The notes: generated by a model not told the origin, from the sequence alone. A DNA stretch of 64,000 bases from an uncultured delta proteobacterium (GCA_963816145.1 CAWFJP010000005.1:347109-411108), one strand, 5' to 3'; numbered from the stretch's first letter, positions 16,608 through 27,051 are shown. A program made the numbers and translations.

Positions 16608-17744
16608 TTATTCCGCTTGCAGCTGCTTCATAAACCAATCGGCGATATAGGTTCTGCGGTCGAATCTTTTTTGCCCATGGCCGACGCCGTCGAGCATGGA
16701 GCGGCCGGGGGAGTTGACGGCGTTATTGTAAAGATTCAGCGCGCCGCGCGGGTCCATGACGCGGTCGTCGATGCTGTAACCGACTAACAGGGGACACTCG
16801 ATTTTGTCGGCGCGGCCGATGAGGGTGAACTCCTTGATGTTCTCACGTGCATCCTTCAAGTCCTTCGCCCCCATGAGCCAACGCAGTCGGTCTTGGATCG
16901 GCGGATAGTAGTCGAAGATGTCGTCGACGAGATTATAAGCGCCGCTCCAAACCGCGACGGCTTTGATTCTTTTCTCGACTGTGGCGCAGCGCGGGCCGGA
17001 ATAGCCACCCATGCTGGAGCCGTGCAGGCCGATACGGTTGGCATCGACATCGGCGCGGGTGACGAGATAGTCGATCACCGCCTTGGCGACTCGATCCGAG
17101 TCCGGTGGCGCGTAGAGTTTGAGGTGGCGCAAAGTGCCGCCATGGCCGGGGCCGTCGACATCGATAAACGACATGCTGCGGCGGACATATTGTCCGGCGC
17201 CGCCATCTTCGCCGCGCAAGAGGATGCCGTCGGCGCCGCCGTAGTTATAGACCACCGGCAGTTTGCTCCCAGGCATGCCGCGCCCGGGCCAGAACAGCGC
17301 GGGCAGTTTATGGCCTTCATAAGGGATCTCCACCTGTTCGAAGGGCGCTGGCACCATGTTCCAGGCTTTAGCAAAGTTCTCTTCCAGTTTCTTGTAGGTT
17401 GGCAGCATGCGCGGGTCGGTCTCCGGCATATGGACCACGGCGCGGCGGTAAAAGTCGGCGGCGCGCAAGTAGAATTCGTGAGCGGTGACCTTGCGACCTT
17501 GTTGCTCGAAGCCGGCGGCAAGCTCTTCATTTTTCTTGGCGGCTTCGGTCCACTCTTTGTGCCAGCTTTCGAGATTGAAAAACTTTACGCGCCGGGCGAC
17601 CCCGCGAACATCCGGATCCGGATGATCCGGAGAAACTTCCATGCGCACGTCGAGTTGACCGCCGCCCGGCAACCCCTTGGCGGGATAGAGAAAAATTTCG
17701 GCTTGTTGGCGGTCGAAAACATCGCCGCCGGTTTTGTCGGCCAT
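16608..17744 (-). CDS. Alpha/beta hydrolase, FrsA/2,6-dihydropseudooxynicotine hydrolase-like
   Basis: VEIPYEG, GGADG, DGPGHG, GSSMGG nucleophile elbow, C-terminal GH. Confidence 0.85.
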   Translation of the reverse strand: MADKTGGDVFDRQQAEIFLYPAKGLPGGGQLDVRMEVSPDHPDPDVRGVARRVKFFNLESWHKEWTEAAKKNEELAAGFEQQGRKVTAHEFYLRAADFYRRAVVHMPETDPRMLPTYKKLEENFAKAWNMVPAPFEQVEIPYEGHKLPALFWPGRGMPGSKLPVVYNYGGADGILLRGEDGGAGQYVRRSMSFIDVDGPGHGGTLRHLKLYAPPDSDRVAKAVIDYLVTRADVDANRIGLHGSSMGGYSGPRCATVEKRIKAVAVWSGAYNLVDDIFDYYPPIQDRLRWLMGAKDLKDARENIKEFTLIGRADKIECPLLVGYSIDDRVMDPRGALNLYNNAVNSPGRSMLDGVGHGQKRFDRRTYIADWFMKQLQAE

Positions 17745-17838
17745 TGTCGGACTCCTTGAGAATCGCTGGAACTCGAGACGATATCCTGTTTGCCCCAGGA
17801 GCCGTGAGATTGCAACTCGCAGTGGACGCCGGGTGATT

Positions 17839-20187
17839 TCAACCCGGTGAAGGTCGATCGGTTTGGAGGGAGGGTGGCGGCTCTGCGTCTTGCAGTTCGC
17901 CGTTGCACGGAATCAGCACGGTGAAAGTGGAGCCCTTTCCGGGTTCGCTGCTGACGCTCACGACACCGCCGAGCAGTTCGGTGAATGACTTGACGATGTG
18001 CAAGCCCAAACCGACGCCGCCATAGGTGCGCGTCTTCGAACTATCGGCCTGGCGAAACCGTTCGAAGATGTATGTCAACTCATTCGCTGGAATGCCGATG
18101 CCGGTATCGATGACGCAGAATTCGACCGCGTTGCGCTCAGGACGAGCTCGGGCAAATACTGTCACCGTGCCGATATCGGTAAATTTGATGGCATTGTTGA
18201 TGAGGTTTTGCAGAATATGTTTCAACTTGTCCGGGTCGCTGTCGATTAGCGGCAGATCGTTGGGATATTGCCAGCGCAAGTCGATTGCCTTGCCGTGCGG
18301 ATAATCGTACAGCGCTTTGAGGTCGTCCAAAAATCCGCTGACCCAAAATTGGCGCCTTTCCGCCTCGACGACCCCAGCTTCGATTTTGGTCGCATGCATG
18401 ATGCTATTGACCATAAACAGCAGCTCGCCGGCATGGCGCGTCACTTTGTCGAGCGCCGTGTTCTGCTCGGCGTTCACCGCACCCATCAGCCCTTCCTGGA
18501 CCAGTTTGGTGTAACCGGAGATGACGTTGAGCGGGGTGCGCAGCTCGTGCGACATGACGCTTAAGAAGTCCTCTTTGATTTGGTTGGCTTTTTCCAGTTC
18601 GCGGGTCTGCCGGATCGTTTGCTCGTAGAGTTCGGAGTTACGGATCGCGACCGCCGCCTGGCTCGCGAAACTGCGAAGAAAGGTGAGGTCTTCGCTGCCG
18701 TAGTGGTGCAGTTGATCGGCATAAATCGATACGACGCCGATCACCTCGTCCTTGGCGATTAACGGAATCCCCAGGTAAGAGTTGAAACCGGCGTCGAGAA
18801 AGAACTTGCTGTCGAGTCCGGCAGAAACTACGTTCAGGTCGGAGATGCTTACGCTGTCCTTGGCGCGCACAACCGGATGCGGCGCGGCGCAAAAATCTGC
18901 CGCGCGGGATTTCCAAGCAGCGTCATCGATGCCGCGCGAGGCGATCCTTGCAAGCGGCTTGTCTGCGCCATGAAAGAGCTCGACGGTCATGGCGCCGGCG
19001 GTGACCATTTGGGCGAGCCGATCGAGCAGGACCGTGAGCACGGCGTCGAGATCGAGAGTCGAAGAGGCGGCGAGGTTGAGCTCGTAAAGCGCGGTTTGGC
19101 GATCGGTATGACGCTGGATTTGCCGCTGGGCCAGCTGGCGTTGGGTGATGTCGCGCACCAGGCACACTGCGGCGACTGGATTCTCCTCATTTTCGCCCAT
19201 GGTGAAGGAGGAAACACTCAACAGGGTCGAAGGGTTTAGCCCGGTGTTCACAGAACATTCGTATTCGCGCAGGGTGCCGTTCACTAGGCGCTGCCAGAGC
19301 TGGGGCCCGTCGGGAGCAAGCTTTTTCGCCAGGGTGCGCACATCCGTGCCATTGAGCGGTACTCCAGGGCGAGAGAACATGTCTAGTGCAGTCCTGTTGC
19401 TGACCCGGATGATGCCGGAGCTATCAAGCACCAACAGGCCATCGTCCATGGCATCGATAATCTGTTTGGCGGCGAACTCCGGCGTGATGGTGACGAGTCG
19501 ATATCGATAAATTGTCCGGTTGGCTAACACAATGAAACCGAGCACCGGCACGTAGCCGAATGGGTAGAGCGGCACGCCCAAGGCGGCGAGAAAATCAACT
19601 GAAGCCAGGGAGGCGATGCAAAGCGCGATAAACAGTCCTTTGTTGCGCCATCGTACGGGTCCGGGGAGTGCATTCCTGAAAGTCGTCCAGTACAACTTGA
19701 GACTGACGGCCATCACAAAAATGAAATAACCGACTGAAACCGTGCCCAACCAATCGTAAACTGGATAATAGCCCCACCAGTGAAGCTGGACTCCGGTGTG
19801 AAATCCGTCAGGCAACAGCAGCGTCAGACTGAAGCCGATCGCTAATTGCCACGCCAGCCAAACGCGCCGGCGACTTTTGGGGTCGGCGTGTGCCGAAGCT
19901 ACTGCGGAATGATAAGCAGCTGCCGGGATAAAATTGACGCCGACTTGACCGACCCGGCTCCAAAAGAGAGCAACCGATTCGGTCAACGCGCAAAACATTA
20001 ACGCATCGCTATAGAGCCACAGGGCTCCGGTCGTGGTCATGATGCAGAATGAGGTGCTGATGCGCGAGCGTTGTTCGCTGTCGCGGATCATGAAGCCCAG
20101 CGCCAACAGAACGCTTGCCGTGACGAACGGCGGCAACGCGAACAGGCTACTTTGATAGTTTTGCGCGTTGAGTACTTCGGTGAGCAT
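17839..20187 (-). CDS. Sensor histidine kinase (N-terminal multi-TM region, PAS, GAF, HisKA, HATPase)
   Basis: SHELRTPL, NLINNAIKFT, DTGIGI, GGVGLGL. Confidence 0.9.
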   Translation of the reverse strand: MLTEVLNAQNYQSSLFALPPFVTASVLLALGFMIRDSEQRSRISTSFCIMTTTGALWLYSDALMFCALTESVALFWSRVGQVGVNFIPAAAYHSAVASAHADPKSRRRVWLAWQLAIGFSLTLLLPDGFHTGVQLHWWGYYPVYDWLGTVSVGYFIFVMAVSLKLYWTTFRNALPGPVRWRNKGLFIALCIASLASVDFLAALGVPLYPFGYVPVLGFIVLANRTIYRYRLVTITPEFAAKQIIDAMDDGLLVLDSSGIIRVSNRTALDMFSRPGVPLNGTDVRTLAKKLAPDGPQLWQRLVNGTLREYECSVNTGLNPSTLLSVSSFTMGENEENPVAAVCLVRDITQRQLAQRQIQRHTDRQTALYELNLAASSTLDLDAVLTVLLDRLAQMVTAGAMTVELFHGADKPLARIASRGIDDAAWKSRAADFCAAPHPVVRAKDSVSISDLNVVSAGLDSKFFLDAGFNSYLGIPLIAKDEVIGVVSIYADQLHHYGSEDLTFLRSFASQAAVAIRNSELYEQTIRQTRELEKANQIKEDFLSVMSHELRTPLNVISGYTKLVQEGLMGAVNAEQNTALDKVTRHAGELLFMVNSIMHATKIEAGVVEAERRQFWVSGFLDDLKALYDYPHGKAIDLRWQYPNDLPLIDSDPDKLKHILQNLINNAIKFTDIGTVTVFARARPERNAVEFCVIDTGIGIPANELTYIFERFRQADSSKTRTYGGVGLGLHIVKSFTELLGGVVSVSSEPGKGSTFTVLIPCNGELQDAEPPPSLQTDRPSPG

Positions 20188-20204
20188 GGTGCGACGTCGC
20201 CGCT

Positions 20205-20954
20205 CTAGGTTGACGCATGGCGCCGGGCGGCTCGCGCAACCAAAGCGGAAAAGATCTGCCTCTGATGGCGATTGCGCGCCGCAAGTACTTCCGGGTGCCA
20301 CTGCACGCCGAGGACAAAGCTATGACCGGTGCTTTCGATGCCTTCGACGATGCCGTCGCCCGCGGTGGCGTTGACGATCAATCCGCGGCCTAAAGTTTTG
20401 ACCGACTGGTGATGTGTCGTACTGACCTCGGTATGACTGAGCCCGACAATGTTTCCCAACAGGGTGCGCGATTGGATCGTGATGTGATGGCCGCGCTTTA
20501 CGGCTTTTTTGCTTTGCTGGTGTTCCTGGGCGTTCGGCACTTGAGTGGCGATGTCTTGGTAAAGGCTGCCGCCCAGGACGACGTTGATCGCTTGGGCGCC
20601 GCCGCAGATGCCTAAGACCGGTAGATCCTGTTTCAATGCCGCGGCAGTGACCTGCAGCTCGAAAGCGCTGCGCTCGGCTTTGATCCTGCCGAGAGCCGCG
20701 ATCGGTTTTTCGCCGTAATAACTGGGGTGGATATCGAAATTGCCGCCGCTTAGTACGACGCCATCGAGGCGCGCCAAGAGGCGGCGAATCGCGCTACTCG
20801 AGAGCATTGGCGGTAAGATTAGCGGAATTGCCCCCGCATTAGCGACTGCTCTGACGTAGCGTTGGGCAAGAAAGTAGAGCGGTTCGCGGTTTTCGCGCCG
20901 GTCGGCGTTTGAAGTATCAGAAGTGATGCCGATCAGCGGAGCCGGGTTTGTCAT
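20205..20954 (-). CDS. Gamma-glutamyl-gamma-aminobutyrate hydrolase (PuuD/peptidase C26) family
   Basis: GICGGAQ, HHQ, GVQWHPE class I glutamine amidotransferase-like motifs. Confidence 0.88.
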   Translation of the reverse strand: MTNPAPLIGITSDTSNADRRENREPLYFLAQRYVRAVANAGAIPLILPPMLSSSAIRRLLARLDGVVLSGGNFDIHPSYYGEKPIAALGRIKAERSAFELQVTAAALKQDLPVLGICGGAQAINVVLGGSLYQDIATQVPNAQEHQQSKKAVKRGHHITIQSRTLLGNIVGLSHTEVSTTHHQSVKTLGRGLIVNATAGDGIVEGIESTGHSFVLGVQWHPEVLAARNRHQRQIFSALVARAARRHAST

Positions 20955-20959
20955 TTGGG

Positions 20960-22987
20960 TCAGGGTTCGTACAGACGCTTGTAGATGCGGTGGTTACGCA
21001 GAACTAGTTTAACATAGCCGCGGGTTTCGATGTAGGGGATTCTCTCGACGAACTCTTCGATATCGTCGGTGGCGATCTCGCGCTCCCAACGGTCGACTGC
21101 CGCTTCACCGGCGTTATAGGCGGCTATCGCTTTGAACCAGTTATTCGAGTAGCGCTGCAGCAGATCTTTCAAATACTGGGTGCCGAGCGAAATATTTAGT
21201 TCGGGATCGAACAATTTCTCCTGTGTCGGCGCCGGCAGGCCAAGTTGTTTGGCGACCCGGGCGGCCGTCGGTGGTATCAATTGCATGAGTCCCAAGGCGG
21301 TCGCCGGCGACCGGGCCCGGGCGTCGAACAGGCTCTCTTGGCGGATTAGTGCCAGGATCAAATGCGGATCGAGGTCGCGCTCCTGGGCCTTTTGTTGCAC
21401 GAGTTCCCAATAGGCCAACGGATAACGATAGAAGTTGCGCTCGCTCTGTGAAATCGGCAGCTGGTTGGCGAGGTTAAGGCTTCGACCGTAGGCTTGATTG
21501 GCGAAGTACTCGCGCATCAAAAGCGGCTGCAACCGGCTCTTGGGATTGGCGCGCTGGTTTACTCGATCGAGCTCTGCCACTGCCAAGCCATGGAGTCCCA
21601 GGACGGTCAGTTCGCGCGCGCGGCTCAGGTGAAAGTTGACCTCAGCGCCGAGGGCAGGCTCGGCCTCCGAGCCGGCGCTGGGTTTTGCCAGATCCGCTTC
21701 TTGCATCGGGCTGCCGAGCCGTTCGAGGGCGCGTTGCGATAGGGTTTGATAGTAGGACTCCTCGCCGCCCTTGAAAATTTGCCGATAAATCTGTTTGGCG
21801 CTATCGGTGTCGCCGAGCTTTTCCGCACTGCGTGCTTGCCAATAAACCGCTGCGGTGCCGAAGGTGCCACTGCGTGACTGCGCCGCCAGCGCCTTGAAGG
21901 TGGTCAGTGCCGCCGGCCAGTCGCCGCTCCGGTAATGGAGCCAGGCCAAGCGCCAGACGGCGTCGTCGCGGACGCTGCTGTTGGGGAATTGCTTCTGCAC
22001 CGTGGTATAAAGCTCGATCGCTTCGGATTTTCTGCCGAAGTACTCGTGGATGTCGCCTGAGGCGAAGGTAGCGCGGTCGGCATAGGCGCTGCTCGGGTAG
22101 CGCTGCAACAGCTGCTTGAAATACTCGAATGCCTGGGCGTTCTCATGGCGATTCCACAGCGTTTGACCGATCTGATAGAGCGCTTTAGGCGCCTCGCTGC
22201 TGTCGGGAAAATCTCGGACGATCTGCTCCAGCACCGGGGTCGCTTCGTTGCGGCTGCGGATGGCGGCTAACTTGGTCAATACGCGCAGGCGTTGGTCCGG
22301 ATCGGTGGCGCTGTCCAAGACACGTTTGTAAAGCGCATCGGCGTCCTTGAATTGCCGTTCGCGCGCCAGGCGATCCGCTTCATCGGCGAGCGCGGCAAGG
22401 GTATTCAAGGCAAACTGTTCGGGATACCTATCGCGCAACCGGGTCTGATCCTTGCGCGCCAAGCCGGCCCACGGTGAAGTGGGACTGTTGCCGCGCAATT
22501 CCTGGTAACCGTTGTAGGCGCGTTGTAGATCGCCTTGGACCTCAAAATTCTGCGCCAGCAAATAACTCGCCTCGTCGGCGATATCCCTTAATACCGATTT
22601 GTCGGCACGCAGTTGGCGCAGGATTTCGTTGGCTTGGGCGAATTTTTTCTCAGCTTGGTCGAGTTTCGCCCGTTGCAAAGTCGCTCGTGCTTGCCAGACC
22701 GATTGCGGGAAGCGCTGCTTGAGTTGCAGTAAGTACTGGCGCGACTGCTCCATATTGCTTTCTTTGAACGCGATCAGCGCCAAGTAATACAGGCTATAAT
22801 CGCTGAGTTGGTAGCTGGTCTCTAAGGTCTTTTGAAACAGTTCTGTGGCTTGACTTGTGTTGCCCTGATTGTAGAGCGAGTAAGCTTTTTGGAATGCATT
22901 GCGCCCGTCGTCGCCTTGGGCGTTGAGCCTGGCCCATGGCAGAAAGAGCAGAATTAACAGGGCGCATGCCGAAAGTTTCTGCTGCAT
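20960..22987 (-). CDS. TPR-repeat soluble lytic transglycosylase
   Basis: Signal peptide, TPR repeats, RQESLF, GLMQL, AAYNAG, ETRGYV. Confidence 0.92.
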   Translation of the reverse strand: MQQKLSACALLILLFLPWARLNAQGDDGRNAFQKAYSLYNQGNTSQATELFQKTLETSYQLSDYSLYYLALIAFKESNMEQSRQYLLQLKQRFPQSVWQARATLQRAKLDQAEKKFAQANEILRQLRADKSVLRDIADEASYLLAQNFEVQGDLQRAYNGYQELRGNSPTSPWAGLARKDQTRLRDRYPEQFALNTLAALADEADRLARERQFKDADALYKRVLDSATDPDQRLRVLTKLAAIRSRNEATPVLEQIVRDFPDSSEAPKALYQIGQTLWNRHENAQAFEYFKQLLQRYPSSAYADRATFASGDIHEYFGRKSEAIELYTTVQKQFPNSSVRDDAVWRLAWLHYRSGDWPAALTTFKALAAQSRSGTFGTAAVYWQARSAEKLGDTDSAKQIYRQIFKGGEESYYQTLSQRALERLGSPMQEADLAKPSAGSEAEPALGAEVNFHLSRARELTVLGLHGLAVAELDRVNQRANPKSRLQPLLMREYFANQAYGRSLNLANQLPISQSERNFYRYPLAYWELVQQKAQERDLDPHLILALIRQESLFDARARSPATALGLMQLIPPTAARVAKQLGLPAPTQEKLFDPELNISLGTQYLKDLLQRYSNNWFKAIAAYNAGEAAVDRWEREIATDDIEEFVERIPYIETRGYVKLVLRNHRIYKRLYEP

Positions 22988-23180
22988 TGGTGATTTAAGT
23001 GTAAACAAGCGCACGCTTCGATGCAATCGGCGCCTAGGTAAAAGCGCACCGTCTTTCGGACGCGCTGGCTCTGTTGTGTTTTCGCCGGATGAACGTTATG
23101 TTTTTCGCCAAACTACGTTTCTGGTCAGCGATGGGTACCGGACGAAATCGGGTCATCTCGGTTAAGGAGGCAGGCCTAAC

Positions 23181-23612
23181 TTGAAGATCGAAGGCAGTTA
23201 CATGTTCAATGCGCCGCGGCAACGGGTCTGGGAGCTACTGCTCGATCCCAAAATCATGGCTCAGTGCATGCCGGGTTGCGAAGCGATGAATGAAGTGGCG
23301 CCAGACCATTATGAGACCGTGATGAAGGTCGGGGTAGCTTCGGTCAAAGGGACCTACAAAGGCAAAGTTGCCATCAAGGACAAACAGCCGCCGGCGCATT
23401 ACGTCTTGAGCGGCGAGGGGTCGGGTGGCCCGGGTTTCATGCAGGGAGATGTGATTATCGATCTCGAAGAGAGTAACGGCCAGACTAAGCTCAAATACAC
23501 CACCGAGCCGAAAATTGGCGGGCTCATCGCCAGCGTCGGCCAGCGCATGCTTAACGGCGTCGCCAAAATGATGGCCGACCAGTTCTTCAAAAAGGTCGAG
23601 AGCTTTATCTGA
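23181..23612 (+). CDS. coxG: CoxG/SRPBCC family protein
   Basis: APRQRVWELLLDP, CMPGCE, GGLIASVGQRM; TAAGGAGG RBS before TTG. Confidence 0.8.
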   Translation: MKIEGSYMFNAPRQRVWELLLDPKIMAQCMPGCEAMNEVAPDHYETVMKVGVASVKGTYKGKVAIKDKQPPAHYVLSGEGSGGPGFMQGDVIIDLEESNGQTKLKYTTEPKIGGLIASVGQRMLNGVAKMMADQFFKKVESFI

Positions 23613-23659
23613 ATCCTTTTCGCGATCCTGTATTCGTCGTTTCAAGCAAGAAGATTCCC

Positions 23660-24565
23660 ATGGTACCCAACGTCAGCGTGATTATTCCCACTTATAATCG
23701 TTGGCCGATGGTGGGCGCGGCGGTTGCGTCGGTACTGGAGCAGAGCCATCGCGACTTCGAGCTGATTGTTGTCGACGACGGCTCGACCGATGCGACTTCC
23801 GTGGAGTTAGCTAAGTTCGGCGCGCAGTTACGTTATTGTCGCCAAGATCGAGCCGGGGTGTCGACGGCGCGTAATTTGGGTGTGCGCCAAAGCCGCGGCC
23901 GGCTAATTGCGTTTCTCGATTCCGACGATCTCTGGCAACCCGACAAACTCAAGATTCAGGTGCACTTCATGGAGAGCTCTCCGGAAGTACAGATTTGCCA
24001 AACCGACGAGGTTTGGTTCCGCCATGGCGTCCGTGTCAATCCAGGGATCAAGCACCGTAAACCGTCTGGTGATATTTTTGACCGTAGTCTCGACCTCTGT
24101 TTAGTCAGTCCGTCGGCTGTGATGCTGACCCGGGAAGTGTTCGATCGCAGCGGCGGCTTCGATGAATCTTTACCGGTCTGTGAAGACTACGACTTGTGGC
24201 TGCGCATCGCTCGGGATTATCCGGTGGCGTTGATCGAGCAGCCGTTGGTCGTCAAGCATGGTGGCCATGCCGACCAGCTGTCCCATTCGCTGTGGGGAAT
24301 GGATCGCTATCGCGTGATCGCGCTGCAAAAGCTTTTGCGCGCCGGCATCGCCGGCGTGCAGCGTGCTGCGGTGCTGCGGGTCTTGCACAACAAGGTCGCT
24401 GTGCTCGTCCAAGGGGCGCGCAAGCGCGGCAAAGTGGCAGACGCTGAACGCTACCTGGCGATTCTCAGCGAGTTTGCCGGGGAGATTGGCAATGTCGGAG
24501 AGCGCGTTCCGCAGTTTCGCGGCGTCCAAGGGCTTCCGTGCGCCGACGCTCAGCCGCTGGCTTAG
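23660..24565 (+). CDS. Glycosyltransferase family 2
   Basis: VSVIIPTYNR, VVDDGSTD, FLDSDD, EDYDLWLR. Confidence 0.92.
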   Translation: MVPNVSVIIPTYNRWPMVGAAVASVLEQSHRDFELIVVDDGSTDATSVELAKFGAQLRYCRQDRAGVSTARNLGVRQSRGRLIAFLDSDDLWQPDKLKIQVHFMESSPEVQICQTDEVWFRHGVRVNPGIKHRKPSGDIFDRSLDLCLVSPSAVMLTREVFDRSGGFDESLPVCEDYDLWLRIARDYPVALIEQPLVVKHGGHADQLSHSLWGMDRYRVIALQKLLRAGIAGVQRAAVLRVLHNKVAVLVQGARKRGKVADAERYLAILSEFAGEIGNVGERVPQFRGVQGLPCADAQPLA

Positions 24566-25043
24566 TTGGCAGGCGGCGGACCGCACGGCGCTGGCCAAAC
24601 TGGCTTTGGACCTCAAACTCGGCGAGAATCATTTCCGCGACTTGATGGATTGGAGCGAGGAAATCGCCCTGCGCGATGGCACCGCCATCGCGGCAATCAT
24701 CGCCGGCAAAGCCGTCGACGATATCGCCACCGATCCGCGCCTTGGCCGTGCCGACAAGGTGAAAAGAATAAAGGAAAGCCTCAGACGATTGCGCTTTCCG
24801 CGCTTGACCCGGACCGAAGATGAAATCCAGGGTAAGATTCACGCGCTCAAGCTGCAACCGGAGATTCGCGTGACCGTGCCGTCGGGTTTGGAGGGCGGCA
24901 GATTGCAGATCGAGTTTAGCGTGACAAATCAGCAGGATTTCAAGCGGCTGGCCGACAAGTTAGGGGCGGCGGCCGAAAGCAGTGTTACCGGCGAGATTTT
25001 CACGCTGTTGGGTCAGACTTCGAGCCCTACAGAACCAGCTTAG
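24492..25043 (+). CDS. Hypothetical helical protein, possibly resembling ParB-like C-terminal regions
   Basis: GGAG RBS before ATG 24492; lies between GT2 and the SPL-like gene; function is a guess. Confidence 0.55.
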   Translation: MSESAFRSFAASKGFRAPTLSRWLSWQAADRTALAKLALDLKLGENHFRDLMDWSEEIALRDGTAIAAIIAGKAVDDIATDPRLGRADKVKRIKESLRRLRFPRLTRTEDEIQGKIHALKLQPEIRVTVPSGLEGGRLQIEFSVTNQQDFKRLADKLGAAAESSVTGEIFTLLGQTSSPTEPA

Positions 25044-25058
25044 TTGACCGCAGACTTG

Positions 25059-26156
25059 ATGCAAAATTTTCAACCCGAAGAAGTGATCGTCGAAGGCGAT
25101 TCCGTAGGCAGCCCGATCTATCAAAACTTGCGGCGCGCTTTGCCGCAGGTGCCCTTTCGTTTTGTCGACGACATCGCCGCAAAGAATGGCGCTTTAAGCG
25201 GTTTAGGCGACTCCTTCGGGTCGGCCAAGAAAAGGCTTTATTTGGCCAAGCACAAGGGTGAGTTTTTAAAAAAATGTCCCGGCAGTGAGGGGCAGGTCTG
25301 CTGCAACTATTTCGTCATCAATTTCGCCAGCAATTGCCCGATGGATTGCAGCTACTGCTATCTGCAAGAGTACCTGGCTGATAATGCTGCGTTGAAAGTC
25401 TTTAGCAACGTCGGTGACTTGATCGACGAAGCCGACGCAACGTTAAAAAAACATCGCGGGGTGTTTTTTCGTATCGGCACCGGCGAGATCACCGATAGCT
25501 TGGCATTGGAGCCCTATACCGGCATGGTGCGCGAGATCTTGCCGTACTTTGCCGAGCAGGCCAATGTTCTCTTGGAGCTCAAAACCAAGAGCGACTGTGT
25601 CGACACTTTGCTCGATCTTGATCCCAAAGGGCGCGTGGTGGTGGGTTGGTCGATGAATCCGCAGCGGGTAATCGATGCCGATGAACACGCCACGGCTTCC
25701 TTGACTGCGCGCTTGAACGCGGCGCGCCGTGTCCAAGATGCCGGCTACCGGCTGGGCTTTCATTTCGACCCGATGATTGAGTATTCGGGATGGGAAATCG
25801 ATTACTGTGCCATGCTAGAGCAAACCTTCGCGACCATCGATTGGCGCAAGCTCTCGTGGGTGAGCTTGGGGGTATTACGCGATACGCTGGGATTGAAGCG
25901 AACCATGCGTGAGCGCTTTCCGCGCAGCCAGCTGCTGACCGGCGAGCAGGTTCTCTGTCCCGACGGCAAGCTTCGCTACTATCAGCCGTTGCGGGTCGCC
26001 ATGTACCGTCAGATGGTCGGTTGGATTCGCCAAGCTGCGCCGACGGTGAAGATCTATCTCTGTATGGAAAGTCGCGAAGTGTGGGAACAAGTATTCGGTT
26101 ATGCGCCGTCCTGTGAAAAAGAGCTGGGCAATCAGCTCGGGAATTTAGGATTTTAG
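25059..26156 (+). CDS. Spore photoproduct lyase family radical SAM protein
   Basis: CPMDCSYC [4Fe-4S] motif, YLQ, GEITDSL, ELKTKS, GFHFDP, YLCME. Confidence 0.85.
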   Translation: MQNFQPEEVIVEGDSVGSPIYQNLRRALPQVPFRFVDDIAAKNGALSGLGDSFGSAKKRLYLAKHKGEFLKKCPGSEGQVCCNYFVINFASNCPMDCSYCYLQEYLADNAALKVFSNVGDLIDEADATLKKHRGVFFRIGTGEITDSLALEPYTGMVREILPYFAEQANVLLELKTKSDCVDTLLDLDPKGRVVVGWSMNPQRVIDADEHATASLTARLNAARRVQDAGYRLGFHFDPMIEYSGWEIDYCAMLEQTFATIDWRKLSWVSLGVLRDTLGLKRTMRERFPRSQLLTGEQVLCPDGKLRYYQPLRVAMYRQMVGWIRQAAPTVKIYLCMESREVWEQVFGYAPSCEKELGNQLGNLGF

Positions 26157-26253
26157 ATTTTTGATTTTCGTTTGGCGGAATATTCTGCGGAATTGACTTA
26201 TGTCCTCTCCTGAATCCAAAATCGGCAAGGGGCTCCGCGGAGCAAAATCCAAA
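26143..26253. repeat. Inverted heptamer array (ATTTTAG / ATCCAAA units)
   Basis: ATTTAGGATTTTAGATTTTTGATTTTCG opposite AATCCAAAATCG...AAAATCCAAAA. Confidence 0.6.
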
Positions 26254-27051
26254 ATGGCCAGAGACAGCGCCATCGGGGTTTTCGACTCGGGCATCGGCGG
26301 GCTCACGGTGTTACACCAGATCATCGAGGCGATGCCGCGGGAGAACACCGTTTATTTGGGCGACACGGCACGGTCCCCCTACGGCACCAAGTCGGTGGAA
26401 ACCGTCATGCGCTACTCGTTCGAGAACAGCGAGTTCTTGGTCGAGAAGGGCGTCAAATTGGTGGTCGTCGCTTGCAACACCTCGACGGCCATTGCTCTCA
26501 GCCGCTTGCAAGAGAGCCTATCGGTGCCGGTTATCGGCGTGATCGAGCCCGGCGTACGGCGGGCGATCAGGTGCACCAAAAACAAAAAAGTCGGCGTCAT
26601 CGGCACTGAGGCGACGATCCAGAGCGGCGCCTATACCCGTGCCTTGAAAGCGGCCGACCCGAAGTTAGAAGTTTATAGCCGGGCCTGCCCGCTGTTCGTG
26701 CCGCTGGTCGAAGAAGGCTGGACCGACAACGCGGTGGTCGAGATGACCGTGAAGGCTTATCTAGGCAGTCTCAAACAGAGCGGCATCGACACTCTGGTCT
26801 TGGGCTGCACCCATTATCCGTTACTGAAAAAATCGATCCGAAAGTTTCTCGGCAGCGCGGTAAATCTAGTCGATTCCGCCGAGGAGACCGCCGGTGAAGT
26901 GGCGGTGGCGCTCAGGAAGCGGGCGAGCGGGCGCAAGACCGGCAAGGGTATTCATAGCTTCTTTGTCACCGATGCGCCGGAGCGCTTTGTCAAAGTCGGC
27001 CGGCGCTTTCTCGGCGAAAACGTCGAATCCGCCGTGCGCATTGAACGCTAA
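26254..27051 (+). CDS. murI: Glutamate racemase
   Basis: FDSGIGG, PYGTKS, ACNTS and LGCTHYP catalytic Cys motifs. Confidence 0.96.
   Translation: MARDSAIGVFDSGIGGLTVLHQIIEAMPRENTVYLGDTARSPYGTKSVETVMRYSFENSEFLVEKGVKLVVVACNTSTAIALSRLQESLSVPVIGVIEPGVRRAIRCTKNKKVGVIGTEATIQSGAYTRALKAADPKLEVYSRACPLFVPLVEEGWTDNAVVEMTVKAYLGSLKQSGIDTLVLGCTHYPLLKKSIRKFLGSAVNLVDSAEETAGEVAVALRKRASGRKTGKGIHSFFVTDAPERFVKVGRRFLGENVESAVRIER

Noticed and set aside
23181-23612. CO dehydrogenase locus
   Set aside because: Only a lone coxG-like gene; no coxL/M/S in the window
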